From: Acidobacteriota bacterium
Lineage (GTDB): Bacteria; Acidobacteriota; UBA890; WLXD01
DNA: 64,000 nucleotides
Direction: 5' to 3'
NCBI GenBank assembly: GCA_963666055.2
Contig: CAXWPH010000015.1
Coordinates: forward strand, 2,080,001-2,144,000
In this document: one piece after another, positions 1 through 9,746 of the stretch
Layout: the number at the start of each line of letters is the position of its first letter
How positions within the stretch are numbered: position 1 is the first letter of the stretch
Program-made: the position numbers and the translations under genes
Notes under the pieces: generated by a model
The model's input: the letters and a program-made list of their open reading frames with translations, nothing else
The model's database searches: none
Told to the model about the DNA's origin: nothing

Positions 1-507
1 CACACCGTACTTGTTCTCCACGTCCTCGGGGCCGTAGAGGTAGCGCTGGTTACGCTCGGTGAGCAGCTTGACCTTGTCGCTGACCAGCTGCAGCAAGTCC
101 TTGTCTTCGGAGACGATGACGGTGCGTATCCCGGCCTCCTCGGCGCGGGCGGCGAGCGTGCCGATCACGTCGTCGGCCTCGTAGCGCGGCAGCTCGAAGA
201 TGGGGATGTCCATCGCTTCGACGATGCGACGTATCCAGGGGATCTGCTCCCGCAGGTCAGCGGGTGTTTCCGGCCGACTGGACTTATAGCCTGCGTACTC
301 TTCGTGGCGCACGGTGGGTCCGGGCGGATCGAACACGACGCCGCAGTAGTCGGGCTTCTCCTCGCTGATCAGCTTTCGCAGCATGGTGACGAAGCCGAGC
401 GTGGCGTTGGTGGGGACGCCGTGTGAATTCGTCAGCTCCGGCAACGCGTGGTAGGCGCGATGGATCTGATTGAGGGCGTCGATCAGATAGAGTTTCTTGG
501 CAGGCAT
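1..507 (-). CDS. polA: DNA polymerase I, N-terminal 5'-3' exonuclease domain (runs off window start)
   Basis: Manual translation from ATG 507: MPAKKLYLIDALNQIHRAYHALPELTNSHGVPTNATLGF...YKSSR...YEADDVIGTLA...SEDKDLLQL, the PolI 5'-nuclease motifs; absent from the ORF track because no stop lies in the window. Confidence 0.92.
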   Translation of the reverse strand, partial: MPAKKLYLIDALNQIHRAYHALPELTNSHGVPTNATLGFVTMLRKLISEEKPDYCGVVFDPPGPTVRHEEYAGYKSSRPETPADLREQIPWIRRIVEAMDIPIFELPRYEADDVIGTLAARAEEAGIRTVIVSEDKDLLQLVSDKVKLLTERNQRYLYGPEDVENKYGV

Positions 508-742
508 GCGCAGCGTACGGTGCGGGGTTGAGGGTGAGCGGATGCTACTGCGGGATGCGCAGAGGCGCCAACGAAGAGGTCGCGTGCCTGCCACACCTCC
601 ACCGCGCCCTGCTAGACTAGAGGGGTGCGGAGGTGGCGATCCCGGCCATCCTACGAGTGCATCACAAAGGCGGATCGCGCTCAGTTGACCCTGTTCGAGG
701 GACGATGATAGATTTCGCACGTTCTACCCCTGCGTAAACAAG

Positions 743-2482
743 ATGCGAAGGTGCATATTGGCTCGGACACGTCCCCAACCGGTCCGGGGGATCGCATTGA
801 CGCTGGCCGTCCTACTGACGGCGGGTATTTCTGCGAACGTCACGGCGCAAACTCTGGTCGCGTCGACGACTCAGAACCTCGTCGGCGTCGTGCAGGATTC
901 CCGCGGCCTGCCGCTGCTGGGGGCGTTCGTGGCGGTGATCGCACTGGGCGACGACCAGCCGGCCGCGATTGTCGTAACCGACACCAGCGGTGCGTTCGAG
1001 GTCAAGAACCTACCGTCCGGCATCTACTCGCTCCTGGTAGGAAGTCTGGGATTCGCCGGCACGATGCTGCAAGGCATCAACGTACCGGGCAGCGCCCCGC
1101 TGACCCTGCAACTCGAGGCTGATCCCTCACGTAGCCTTTCCGCTTTCAGCGCGCCGCTGGATATGAGCTGGGCGCTGCGCTCGAAGAAGCGCGATGTGCT
1201 CCGCCAGACCAATGGCACGATCGTTGTTGACAACGGCACCGACGCCGTGAGGCTGGCTCCTGCCATGTCCGTGACCGACAGGGTGGTGCGAGGTGCCGAC
1301 GCCGTGACCGGCGAGCTGCGTCTTTGGAGCGTCACGAGCACGAGCAGCACGGAGACGGTTGGCGTCACGTCGCTATCGCTCGGCAGTCCGGAAAGCTGGA
1401 GCCTTCGGGCACACGTGGGGGGCTCGGGTGCCCTATGGGCGGCAAGCGACTTCAGGCGCGACGTCGGTGGCGGCCATGAGCTTCAGGTCGGGTTTGGCTA
1501 CGTTGGTGGAACATTCGATCTGCTTGGTCCCACCCATGGTGAGCTTGCTCCGGCCGACGCCTGGATCGGTCGCCTCGACCTGCGTGACACCTGGCGTATC
1601 TCGCGTCCGTTGAGCCTCTCTGTGGGCGTGCGGTATGAGCATCAGAGTTATTTCACTACCTCTGCTCTGGTATCGCCAACCGTCGAGGTGACGTACCAGC
1701 CCAGCGAGACAACGCGCATATCCACCGGAGCGACTCACAGCTCGACGGGCTTCGGCTTGGCCGACGACGAGGGGTTCGACGTGCTGACGCTGCTCCGTCA
1801 ATCGGAGCTTCGCATCGGCAACACCAGCCGCGTCCAACCGGAGCGCGCACGCCGCTACCACCTTGGGGTGGAGCAGCGTATCGGCCCGGCGGCGGTCAGC
1901 GCACGCGCCTACTTCGATGACGTGACCGATGAGCTACTTGGCGTGTTCGTTTCGGGGCCGGACGGGGTAAGTAACTACCTGCTCTTCAACATCGGCGATT
2001 CTACTGCCAGCGGGTTCGAGCTTGCTGTGGCCGGAGAGCTGCTCGATACGCTCGTCGGCAGCGTCTCGGGCCAGGTCAGCTATGCGCTGCATAGTCGCGA
2101 CAAGGCGTACGCGCTTGCGACTCCGGGCCAGTTGGTAGATCGCCTGGAAGAGATCGACAGCAACACGATTCAGCAGACGCATGAGGTGCAGGCTTCTGTA
2201 GCCGCCGAGATCGCGCCGTCGCGGACGTACCTCCAGGCAAGCTACAACTGGCGATCAGGCATGCCGGTCGTTCAGGAGGGCGAGGTGCGGTACGATTACG
2301 GGCGCCTGGATCTGCGCTTGCGGCAACCGTTGCCATTCCATTCCGGGCGCGCCCAATGGTCGGCGATGGTGCAGGTTCGCAATCTGCTCGGGCCCGCCTA
2401 CGATCGTCTCTACAATGTGTCGTTAGCTGAGCTCGTCGGACTCACCCGCGGTATTGCCGGCGGATTGGCGGTTCGTTTTTGA
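743..2482 (+). CDS. TonB-dependent-receptor-like outer-membrane protein with N-terminal carboxypeptidase-regulatory-like domain
   Basis: Signal peptide; GVVQD..G.PL.GA.V...TD.SG.F...LPSG.Y motif; beta-barrel-like C-terminal part ending in F. Confidence 0.7.
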   Translation: MRRCILARTRPQPVRGIALTLAVLLTAGISANVTAQTLVASTTQNLVGVVQDSRGLPLLGAFVAVIALGDDQPAAIVVTDTSGAFEVKNLPSGIYSLLVGSLGFAGTMLQGINVPGSAPLTLQLEADPSRSLSAFSAPLDMSWALRSKKRDVLRQTNGTIVVDNGTDAVRLAPAMSVTDRVVRGADAVTGELRLWSVTSTSSTETVGVTSLSLGSPESWSLRAHVGGSGALWAASDFRRDVGGGHELQVGFGYVGGTFDLLGPTHGELAPADAWIGRLDLRDTWRISRPLSLSVGVRYEHQSYFTTSALVSPTVEVTYQPSETTRISTGATHSSTGFGLADDEGFDVLTLLRQSELRIGNTSRVQPERARRYHLGVEQRIGPAAVSARAYFDDVTDELLGVFVSGPDGVSNYLLFNIGDSTASGFELAVAGELLDTLVGSVSGQVSYALHSRDKAYALATPGQLVDRLEEIDSNTIQQTHEVQASVAAEIAPSRTYLQASYNWRSGMPVVQEGEVRYDYGRLDLRLRQPLPFHSGRAQWSAMVQVRNLLGPAYDRLYNVSLAELVGLTRGIAGGLAVRF

Positions 2483-2565
2483 GCAAGTAGCACCGGCGGC
2501 TCGTTCCCCTGGGGCGGTTGGAGAGCGCGACGCTGGATGGATTCAGATAATCGAGTTCGAAGTGT

Positions 2566-2592
2566 GGCGAGGGAGGCAACCCCTCGCCTTTT
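2566..2592 (+). terminator. Intrinsic terminator
   Basis: GGCGAGGG-aggcaac-CCCTCGCC 8-bp stem followed by TTTT, downstream of the receptor gene. Confidence 0.7.
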
Positions 2593-2738
2593 CTGTCGTT
2601 GTGGGTCAACGGGCCGCGCCCATTTTTTTGAATGTCAGGACCAATAAATTGGATCATAAATTGACGTGAATTGTCACTCCGGCCGCTCAGGGCCCCGCAT
2701 GACAGGACTCCTGGGGTCGCGGCGTTCACCTGCCCGGC

Positions 2739-2753
2739 TGGTATGCCTCTTGC
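2739..2753 (+). promoter_or_regulatory. Sigma54 (-24/-12) promoter
   Basis: TGGTATGCCTCTTGC: GG-N10-GC matching TGGCACG-N4-TTGC, 77 bp before the sensor kinase start, preceded by an AT-rich tract (2620-2680). Confidence 0.6.
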
Positions 2754-2829
2754 GTAGACTCGTAGTTAGCTTCGAAGCCAGTCTTGAACCTGAGCCGCTC
2801 TACCCGTTTGCCCGGGCTGAACAACCACA

Positions 2830-5688
2830 ATGACCAATCAACGCCAACGCATCGACGCTCTCCAGATCGTCGGGCTCATTGCCCTTGCCGGCGTGCTGGT
2901 CTTCCTCGGGGCGATTTCGTTCACCAACCAGCTGAGCTGGCGCGAGCCTACCGACGGCGTGCGATGGGAGCTGCGCGACGACCAGGTAACGGCCGCCGAG
3001 GTCGAGGTGGCTGGAGCTGGCGCCGACCCGGGACTACACGCCGGCGACAGGCTGATAAGCATCGATGGCCAGCCACCAATCGACCCGCTGGTGGTTGAGA
3101 TCATGCTTTTCAGTCGCGATGTGGGCGAGCGCGTCGAGTACATGGTGCAACGGGCCGGCGACGATATTCTCGTTCCGCTGATCATCGGCGGTCGACGGGT
3201 GGAGACGGGCTACTATTACTATCTGGCGTTCGTCGGGCTGGCGTTCCTGCTGGTCGGAATCTTCGCGTTGCTGCGCGGCTCCGATTCGTCGAGCCGTCGG
3301 TTCTTTGTGCTCGCGCTTGCGTTCTATGTGCTCTTCACGCTGTCGGCTACGACGCGCGACGCTGACCCGTGGAACAACGTCATCTCGTGGCTCGATCAGA
3401 TTGCCAGGGCCGTTGTCCCAGGCCTGTTCGTCTATTTTGCGCTGACGTTCCCGCGGCCCAAGCGGGAGTTCGAGGCGGTGCGGTCGCCGCTGACCCTGGC
3501 GATCTTCGCACCTGGTGCTCTCTTGTTCGCGATTAACCTGCTGTCGCGGTTCGCCAGTCGCTGGATGGGGTTGTCTGCCGTCGGCGCCGATCGGCTGTTT
3601 CAGATCGGAGCACGCGGCGAACTCTTGTATTTTGCGCTGGCGATCGTACTCGGGGTGGCGACGTTCGCGCACACGTTGCGAACTTCCACCAGTCCGGTCG
3701 AGCGCATGCGGCTCAAGTGGCTCGTCGGAGGCCTAGCGATCGGCTTCCTGCCGTTTCTGGTGATCTACCTGCCGATGGAGATGCTCGGGCTCGAGTACGT
3801 GCCGCTGACCAACCTGTTGATGATCCCGCTGATGCTGGTACCGCTATCCTTTGCCTACGCGGCGGTTGGCTTCCGGCTCTGGGACGTCGAGGTCATCCTC
3901 AAGCAGAGCATTATCTACGCAGTGGCGATCCTGGTCGTGCTCGGTGCGTATTTCGTCTCGCAGTGGTCGCTGGCGCTTCTGCTCGGCCCCGAAGACCAGC
4001 TCGTGCAGACGACGTCGCTCCTGGCCACGTTGCTGGTGGCGATCGGTTTTGCACCGCTGCGGGAAAAGCTCGGCGATCTGGCCGATCGTCTCTACTATCG
4101 AGACAGCTACAGGGCTCGCCGTACGCTCATGGACTTCGGGCGCGAGCTTAACAGCGAAACCGACCTTTCCCGCGTCGTCGACCTGCTCGCCCAACGGGTT
4201 CGCGAAACCCTGCACGTGGGCCGCGTTGCCGTGTTGCTGCGAGCGCAGGAGCGCGACCCGCTACGCGTCGTTCCACCCAACGGCTCGCTGACGGAGGGAC
4301 GACAACTGTCGTCGACGTTCTCCCAGTTCGTCGCAGGCGTGCTCACCAGGCGCGAATTTCTCTACGTCGATGACCTGGAAAGCCTGCTCGACACAAACCC
4401 AGACGATCGCGAGATCCTCGAGGCCGAGGACCTATCGTACTTTCTGCCGCTGGACGTCAAGGGCGACATCATCGGCGTGCTCGCACTGGGCAGAAAGCTC
4501 TCCGGCGACTATCTGTCGACGGAAGATCTCAAGGTACTGCAGCCGCTGGCGGCGCACCTGGCGCTGGCGATCGACAACGCCCTGCTGTACCGCGAGGTGC
4601 AGCGTCGCGCCGGCGAGCTCGAGCGCCTGAAGGAATACAGCGAGAACGTAGTCGAGAGCATCAAAGCCGGCGTCATGGTGCTGGACGAGAATGGCCGCGT
4701 GCAGTCGTGGAACCGCTCGCTGGCGCGCTTGCACGGCATCGAGCCCGAGCAAGCTATGGGGCTGGCGCTTGAAGACCTGTTTCCCGCCAGCTTCAACCGG
4801 GTGCTCTCCGATGCGCGTGCCAAGCTGCACCGTGGCCTCGAGCCGGTGACGTCCGCCTATCGCATTCCGCTCCGCACGCGCGCCGGAAAGGACCGTGTCG
4901 TGACGTTTTCGATGGCGCCGCTGGTCGGTGAGCAGGGCGGCGAGGGCACGGTGATCATCGTCGACGACGTCACCGAGCGGGCCGAGCTCGAATCACAGCT
5001 GCAGCAGGCCGAGAAGCTCACATCGGTCGGGCTCCTCGCCGCCGGGGTGGCCCACGAGGTGAATACACCGCTGACTGGTATCTCAAGCTACGCACAGATG
5101 CTACAGCGCAAGCTTCCGAAGGCCGACCCGCACCGCGCTATCCTCGAGAAGATCGAGAAGCAATCGTTCCGCGCCTCGCAGATCGTCAACAACTTGCTGA
5201 ATTTCTCGCGCCAGCAGACGGGCGAATTGAGAGACGTCCATCTCAACGATGTAGTGCACGACACGCTGGTGCTGGCGGAGATCCAGCTCAACAAGCGCAA
5301 CATCAAGATCACCACCAAGCTCGCCGATGACGTGGCGCCGGTGACTGGTGATCCGATCAAGCTGCAGCAGGTGCTCATGAACCTACTGCTCAACGCTCGC
5401 GACGCGATGCCTACCGGCGGCGAGTTATGCATCGAGACGACGCAAAGCAACGGCGACTCGACGCTACAGGTCAGCGATACCGGGATGGGCATCAAGGAAA
5501 CCGACCTCGACAAAGTCTACGACCCATTCTTCACTACCAAGGGCATTGGCAAAGGTACCGGCCTCGGGCTGTCGGTGAGCTATGGGATCATTCAGGAGCA
5601 CCGCGGCACGATCGCCGTGGAGAGCGATCCGGATACGGGCACGACGTTCCGCATCACCCTGCCTTCGACGAGCGCCGACGGCCACTAG
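2830..5688 (+). CDS. Membrane sensor histidine kinase (PDZ, multi-TM, GAF, PAS, HisKA, HATPase)
   Basis: GLHAGDRLISIDG (PDZ); AHEVNTPL H-box; NLLLNARDA, DTGMGI, FFTTK, GTGLGL boxes. Confidence 0.93.
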   Translation: MTNQRQRIDALQIVGLIALAGVLVFLGAISFTNQLSWREPTDGVRWELRDDQVTAAEVEVAGAGADPGLHAGDRLISIDGQPPIDPLVVEIMLFSRDVGERVEYMVQRAGDDILVPLIIGGRRVETGYYYYLAFVGLAFLLVGIFALLRGSDSSSRRFFVLALAFYVLFTLSATTRDADPWNNVISWLDQIARAVVPGLFVYFALTFPRPKREFEAVRSPLTLAIFAPGALLFAINLLSRFASRWMGLSAVGADRLFQIGARGELLYFALAIVLGVATFAHTLRTSTSPVERMRLKWLVGGLAIGFLPFLVIYLPMEMLGLEYVPLTNLLMIPLMLVPLSFAYAAVGFRLWDVEVILKQSIIYAVAILVVLGAYFVSQWSLALLLGPEDQLVQTTSLLATLLVAIGFAPLREKLGDLADRLYYRDSYRARRTLMDFGRELNSETDLSRVVDLLAQRVRETLHVGRVAVLLRAQERDPLRVVPPNGSLTEGRQLSSTFSQFVAGVLTRREFLYVDDLESLLDTNPDDREILEAEDLSYFLPLDVKGDIIGVLALGRKLSGDYLSTEDLKVLQPLAAHLALAIDNALLYREVQRRAGELERLKEYSENVVESIKAGVMVLDENGRVQSWNRSLARLHGIEPEQAMGLALEDLFPASFNRVLSDARAKLHRGLEPVTSAYRIPLRTRAGKDRVVTFSMAPLVGEQGGEGTVIIVDDVTERAELESQLQQAEKLTSVGLLAAGVAHEVNTPLTGISSYAQMLQRKLPKADPHRAILEKIEKQSFRASQIVNNLLNFSRQQTGELRDVHLNDVVHDTLVLAEIQLNKRNIKITTKLADDVAPVTGDPIKLQQVLMNLLLNARDAMPTGGELCIETTQSNGDSTLQVSDTGMGIKETDLDKVYDPFFTTKGIGKGTGLGLSVSYGIIQEHRGTIAVESDPDTGTTFRITLPSTSADGH

Positions 5689-5721
5689 CCCCCTCCCCCT
5701 CCCCCTCCCCCCGCGAGTCGG

Positions 5722-7149
5722 TTGGCTCAACCGGCCGCGCAGGTAGAGCCTTTGTCGAAAGAGCAGACCATCCTGGTGGTCGACGACGAGCCGATCATGC
5801 AGGAGATCCTCTCGGAGTTCCTTACCGAAGAGGGCTACGCGGTCGATGTCGCCCGGTCCGGAGAGGAAGGCATCGAGCTGGTAAAGGGCCGACCCTACGA
5901 CTGTGCCGTCGTCGACCTCATGATGCCGGGCATCGACGGCATCCAGACCACACAGGCGTTCAAGGAAATCGATCCGACTCTCCCGGTGATCATGATCACC
6001 GCCTACGCTTCCGTGGAATCAGCGGTCGAGGCGATGAAGCGCGGTGCCCACGAGTACATCACCAAGCCGTTCAAGAACGACGAGGTGTTGCTCGTGGTGC
6101 AAAGCGCCATCAAGCATCGTGAGCTCGAGCTCGAGGTGCAGAGCCTTCGTCGTGCTCTGCGCGAGAAATACCGCTTCGAGAACATCATCGGCAAGAACCG
6201 CAAGATGCAGGAGGTTTACGCGCTCATCGCACAGGCGGCGCCGTCGAAATCGACCATCCTCATCAACGGCGACAGCGGTACGGGTAAGGAGCTAGTTGCC
6301 AAAGCCATCCACGCCAACAGCAACCGGGCGGACAGGGCGTTCGTCACCGTCAACTCGGGAGCGATGCCCAGCGAGCTGCTGGAGAGCAACCTCTTCGGCC
6401 ACGAGAAGGGCGCGTTCACCGGTGCGGTAGCCAGCAAGAAGGGTCTGTTCGAGGTCGCTGACGGCGGCACGCTGTTCTTCGACGAGATCGGCAACATCGC
6501 TCCCGAGGTACAAGCGAAGCTCTTGCGCGTGGTGCAAGAAAGGGAGTTCATGCGCGTCGGCGGCTTGGACAACATCAAGACCGACGTTCGCATCATTTGT
6601 GCCACCAACGTCAACCTGCGAAACAAGGTGGCGCTGGGTGAGTTCCGAGAGGATCTCTACTATCGACTCAACGTCATCTCGCTCAAGATCCCGCCGCTAC
6701 GCGAACGCGCCGATGACATTCCGTTGTTGACGCAGTATTTTCTCGACAAATACTCGCAGGAAAACGGTCGCAGCGGCATGCGCGTCGACGACGAGGCCGT
6801 TGAGGTGCTGCGGTCGTTCGATTGGCCCGGCAACGTGCGCGAGCTGGAGAACGCCATCGAGCGCGCCGTGGTGCTGGCGCCGCCGGACGGGGTAATTCGC
6901 GCCGAGCTGGTGCGCGAGTATATCGACCCGCCATCCTTGGACGCTGCTGCGTTGCCCAACCCCCCGCTCGGCGCCGCGCCGCTCAAGAAGATGGTGAGCG
7001 AGTTCCAGAAGCGGCTGATCTTGCGCGCCCTCGAGCAAACCGAATGGGTGCAGAAGGACGCTGCGGCGTTGCTCGATGTAAAGCCGACCACATTGAACGA
7101 GATGATCAAGCGTTACGGGATCCGCGAGGTCGTGAAGGAGCGCGGCTAG
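5722..7149 (+). CDS. NtrC-family sigma54-dependent response regulator
   Basis: VVDDE receiver; GDSGTGKE Walker A; GAFTGA; WPGNVRELEN; C-terminal HTH. Confidence 0.95.
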   Translation: MAQPAAQVEPLSKEQTILVVDDEPIMQEILSEFLTEEGYAVDVARSGEEGIELVKGRPYDCAVVDLMMPGIDGIQTTQAFKEIDPTLPVIMITAYASVESAVEAMKRGAHEYITKPFKNDEVLLVVQSAIKHRELELEVQSLRRALREKYRFENIIGKNRKMQEVYALIAQAAPSKSTILINGDSGTGKELVAKAIHANSNRADRAFVTVNSGAMPSELLESNLFGHEKGAFTGAVASKKGLFEVADGGTLFFDEIGNIAPEVQAKLLRVVQEREFMRVGGLDNIKTDVRIICATNVNLRNKVALGEFREDLYYRLNVISLKIPPLRERADDIPLLTQYFLDKYSQENGRSGMRVDDEAVEVLRSFDWPGNVRELENAIERAVVLAPPDGVIRAELVREYIDPPSLDAAALPNPPLGAAPLKKMVSEFQKRLILRALEQTEWVQKDAAALLDVKPTTLNEMIKRYGIREVVKERG

Positions 7150-7227
7150 CGCCGTGGTCCCGGTCCCGATATCTGCCGTCGTTAGAATTTGCGGCCCTGG
7201 CGGGGCGACACCCGGAGACAGAACCCG

Positions 7228-8325
7228 ATGACGAAAACCACGCTCGCTTGGATGGCAGTGCTCGGGTGCGCTCTAGGAGGCGGCGCTCTCTCACAGGAGT
7301 CGGCGTTCGAGCGCCACGACGTGGCCGTGGCGACGCCAGCCTACAACCTGCAACCGGGCGACTTCGACGGTGACGGTGACCTCGATCTGGCGACCGCGAA
7401 CCAGCAGGCGAACAGCGTCTCGATTCTGCTGAACGACGGGCGCGGCATGTTCATCGCTGGCGCTACGATCGAAGGGTTGCAGCGCCCCGAGGCGCTCGCG
7501 ACGGCGGATGTTGATGCCGATGGCGATCTGGACCTGGCGATCGTCAACGCCGGTGCGGACAACGTTGTCCTGCTGCTGAACGACGGCAATGCTCAGTTCA
7601 CTGTCGGGGCCAAGACACCGGTAGGTTCCAGCCCGCACGCCATCGTCGCCGTGGATATCGACGCCGACGGCGACACTGATTGGGCCGTGTCGGACTTCGG
7701 ATCCGCGACTGTATCGATACTGGCCAACGATGGCAGCGGCGACTACACCCTCGTGACCGTCGTCGAGGCAAGCCCTGGCACGGAGCGGGCGGTCGTTGCG
7801 GATCTGGATCTGGACGGCGATCCAGACCTCGCAGTTTCCAGCTTCAGCGCCGCCACCGTGAACGTGCTGATCAACGACGGTGCCGGTGGTTTCACGCCGG
7901 GCGCGGCGTTGACCGTGGGAGCGCGACAGCACATCGCGGCGGGCGGTGATCTCGACGGCGACGGTGACGTCGACGTGATCGTCACCAGTTCGGGCACCGG
8001 AGAGGTAATGCTGCTCGACAACCATGAGGGGTCACTGGAGCACGACGTCTCGGTGATCGTCCCGGAAACCCCCTGGGCGGCCGTGGTTCTCGACTACGAC
8101 GGCGACGGCGACCTCGACGTGGCGGTCGCCGACTACTCCGGCCATCGTGTCTCGATGCTGCAGAACGACGGCGCCGGTCAGCTTGAAGTGGCTTTCTCGG
8201 TAGCGGTCGGCCAGCAGCCCCACCAGGTCGTGTCGGGAGACTTCGACGGCGACGGCACACCGGATCTAGCTACCGCCAACGACGCCGAGGCCACCATCAC
8301 GATCCTCCTGAGTCGACGCCCTTGA
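7228..8325 (+). CDS. Secreted FG-GAP/VCBS repeat beta-propeller protein
   Basis: Seven D[FVILY]D[GA]DG repeats after a signal peptide. Confidence 0.88.
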   Translation: MTKTTLAWMAVLGCALGGGALSQESAFERHDVAVATPAYNLQPGDFDGDGDLDLATANQQANSVSILLNDGRGMFIAGATIEGLQRPEALATADVDADGDLDLAIVNAGADNVVLLLNDGNAQFTVGAKTPVGSSPHAIVAVDIDADGDTDWAVSDFGSATVSILANDGSGDYTLVTVVEASPGTERAVVADLDLDGDPDLAVSSFSAATVNVLINDGAGGFTPGAALTVGARQHIAAGGDLDGDGDVDVIVTSSGTGEVMLLDNHEGSLEHDVSVIVPETPWAAVVLDYDGDGDLDVAVADYSGHRVSMLQNDGAGQLEVAFSVAVGQQPHQVVSGDFDGDGTPDLATANDAEATITILLSRRP

Positions 8326-8449
8326 GCGGCTCGCTGGATCCAGATCGCTGGGCGGGAGGATTGGACGGTGGCCGGCTGACGTTGCAAGGTACTCGCTCGG
8401 GACCGCAATCCGCACTCCTCGAGATCCAGCCCCCCAACGAAGCGCCGGA

Positions 8450-9019
8450 GTGAGCATGGCGACGAGCCACCGTATCGTCGATCTGGTCGGACACGATCGC
8501 AAGATGATCAGCCGACTCGGCCCGCTCATCTTCGAAGCGCTCAAGCAGCATTCTCCCAACTGGCTGCCGACGGTCAACGACGCGACGCTAGAGATCCTGG
8601 AATCGCTAACTCCCGGACGCCTGAGCCGCGTGCTGATCGATTCGGCGGGAGAGCCCGTGGGCTGGATCGGCATCATCCCTCATAGCGGTGGTCGCGTCTG
8701 GGAGATCCACCCGATTGCCGTTGCAACCGCACACCAAGGCAACGGTTACGGACGCGTGCTGATCGAGGATATCGAGCGACACGCGCACCAGCAGGGCGTC
8801 CTTACCCTGTGGGCCGGCACCAGCGACGAGATGGGATTGACCAGCCTGGCCGGCGTCGATCTATATGCCGATCCCGCCGGCGCTATTTCCGGCATCGCCA
8901 GCATCAAGCCCCACGCATGGGAGTTCTGGGCCAGCGTCGGGTTTACTGTCGTAGGTCTCATGCCGGATGCGGAGGGACGGGGCAAGCCGAGCATTGTGTT
9001 GGCCAAACGGGTGGATTGA
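8450..9019 (+). CDS. GNAT acetyltransferase, AAC(6')-Ia/Ii-like
   Basis: GWIG..P....WEIHPIAV, QGNGYG AcCoA motif, LWAGTSDE..LTSL..VDLY, VVGLMPDA.G.GKP.I.LAK. Confidence 0.8.
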   Translation: MSMATSHRIVDLVGHDRKMISRLGPLIFEALKQHSPNWLPTVNDATLEILESLTPGRLSRVLIDSAGEPVGWIGIIPHSGGRVWEIHPIAVATAHQGNGYGRVLIEDIERHAHQQGVLTLWAGTSDEMGLTSLAGVDLYADPAGAISGIASIKPHAWEFWASVGFTVVGLMPDAEGRGKPSIVLAKRVD

Positions 9020-9025
9020 AGAGGG

Positions 9026-9304
9026 TTGAACGGCACTCGGTGGTTTCTACGCATCGCCTTGGCGGCCGGGTTTCTGTCCGCAGCGGCGGATCGCGTCGGT
9101 CTGTGGGGAGCGCCAGGGACCCCCGGCGTTGCCTGGGGCGAGTGGTCGATCGCCTGCGCCAGCGGGCTGCTCCTTCTCCTGTTCGCGCTGGCGATGGCCA
9201 TCGCCGAGGGGATCAAATCACCCCTGGATTCATCGGTCTTCGCCGCCGCTGCGGCCGCCTTCCTGCTCGCGGCGGTGACGGCCGACGAGAATCGTTCCTA
9301 CTAG
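9026..9304 (+). pseudogene. DoxX-family membrane protein, apparently internally deleted
   Basis: LRIALAAGFLSAAADRVGLWGAPGTPGVAWG joined almost directly to SGLLLLLFALAM..GIKSPLDSSVF; only 92 aa. Confidence 0.6.
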
Positions 9305-9746
9305 GCCGAGCTCAAGGTGACCGTCCCGGGCGCTGAGCCCGTGGCTACCGCCATCGGCCGCGGCGGGGAGTGGGCGTACCCTCAATCGGGTAAAGGCCGC
9401 GCGCTGCTCGAGCTCGGCCGAGCCGCCGAAGCCGCCGCCGTCCTGCGCCGGGCGGTCTCCGAGTTCGAGCAATCAGGCGTTGCCTCCGCTCAGGACCTGG
9501 CCAGCGACCCTGAGGCCGGCGGGCATGTCCTCGCCCGCCGACCTCGAAGTCCGATCTGGGTGCTATTGGCCTGATGGGCTCCGGCGTGACCGGGTTGTAG
9601 CCGTCCATGTGTCGGGCTCGAGTTTGATGCGTGGCAGATTCCGCGCCCGGCATTGTCGCACGGCGGCTGTTGCCTGCTGCCAGTGGGCCCGGTAGGTGAA
9701 CCGGGCCCGCGCGGCTATCATGGCGCCAAGACCAGGAGGCAACCCG

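Noticed and set aside
7300-8300. Repeated GACGGCGACGG-like DNA motifs
   Set aside because: Explained by FG-GAP/VCBS protein repeats
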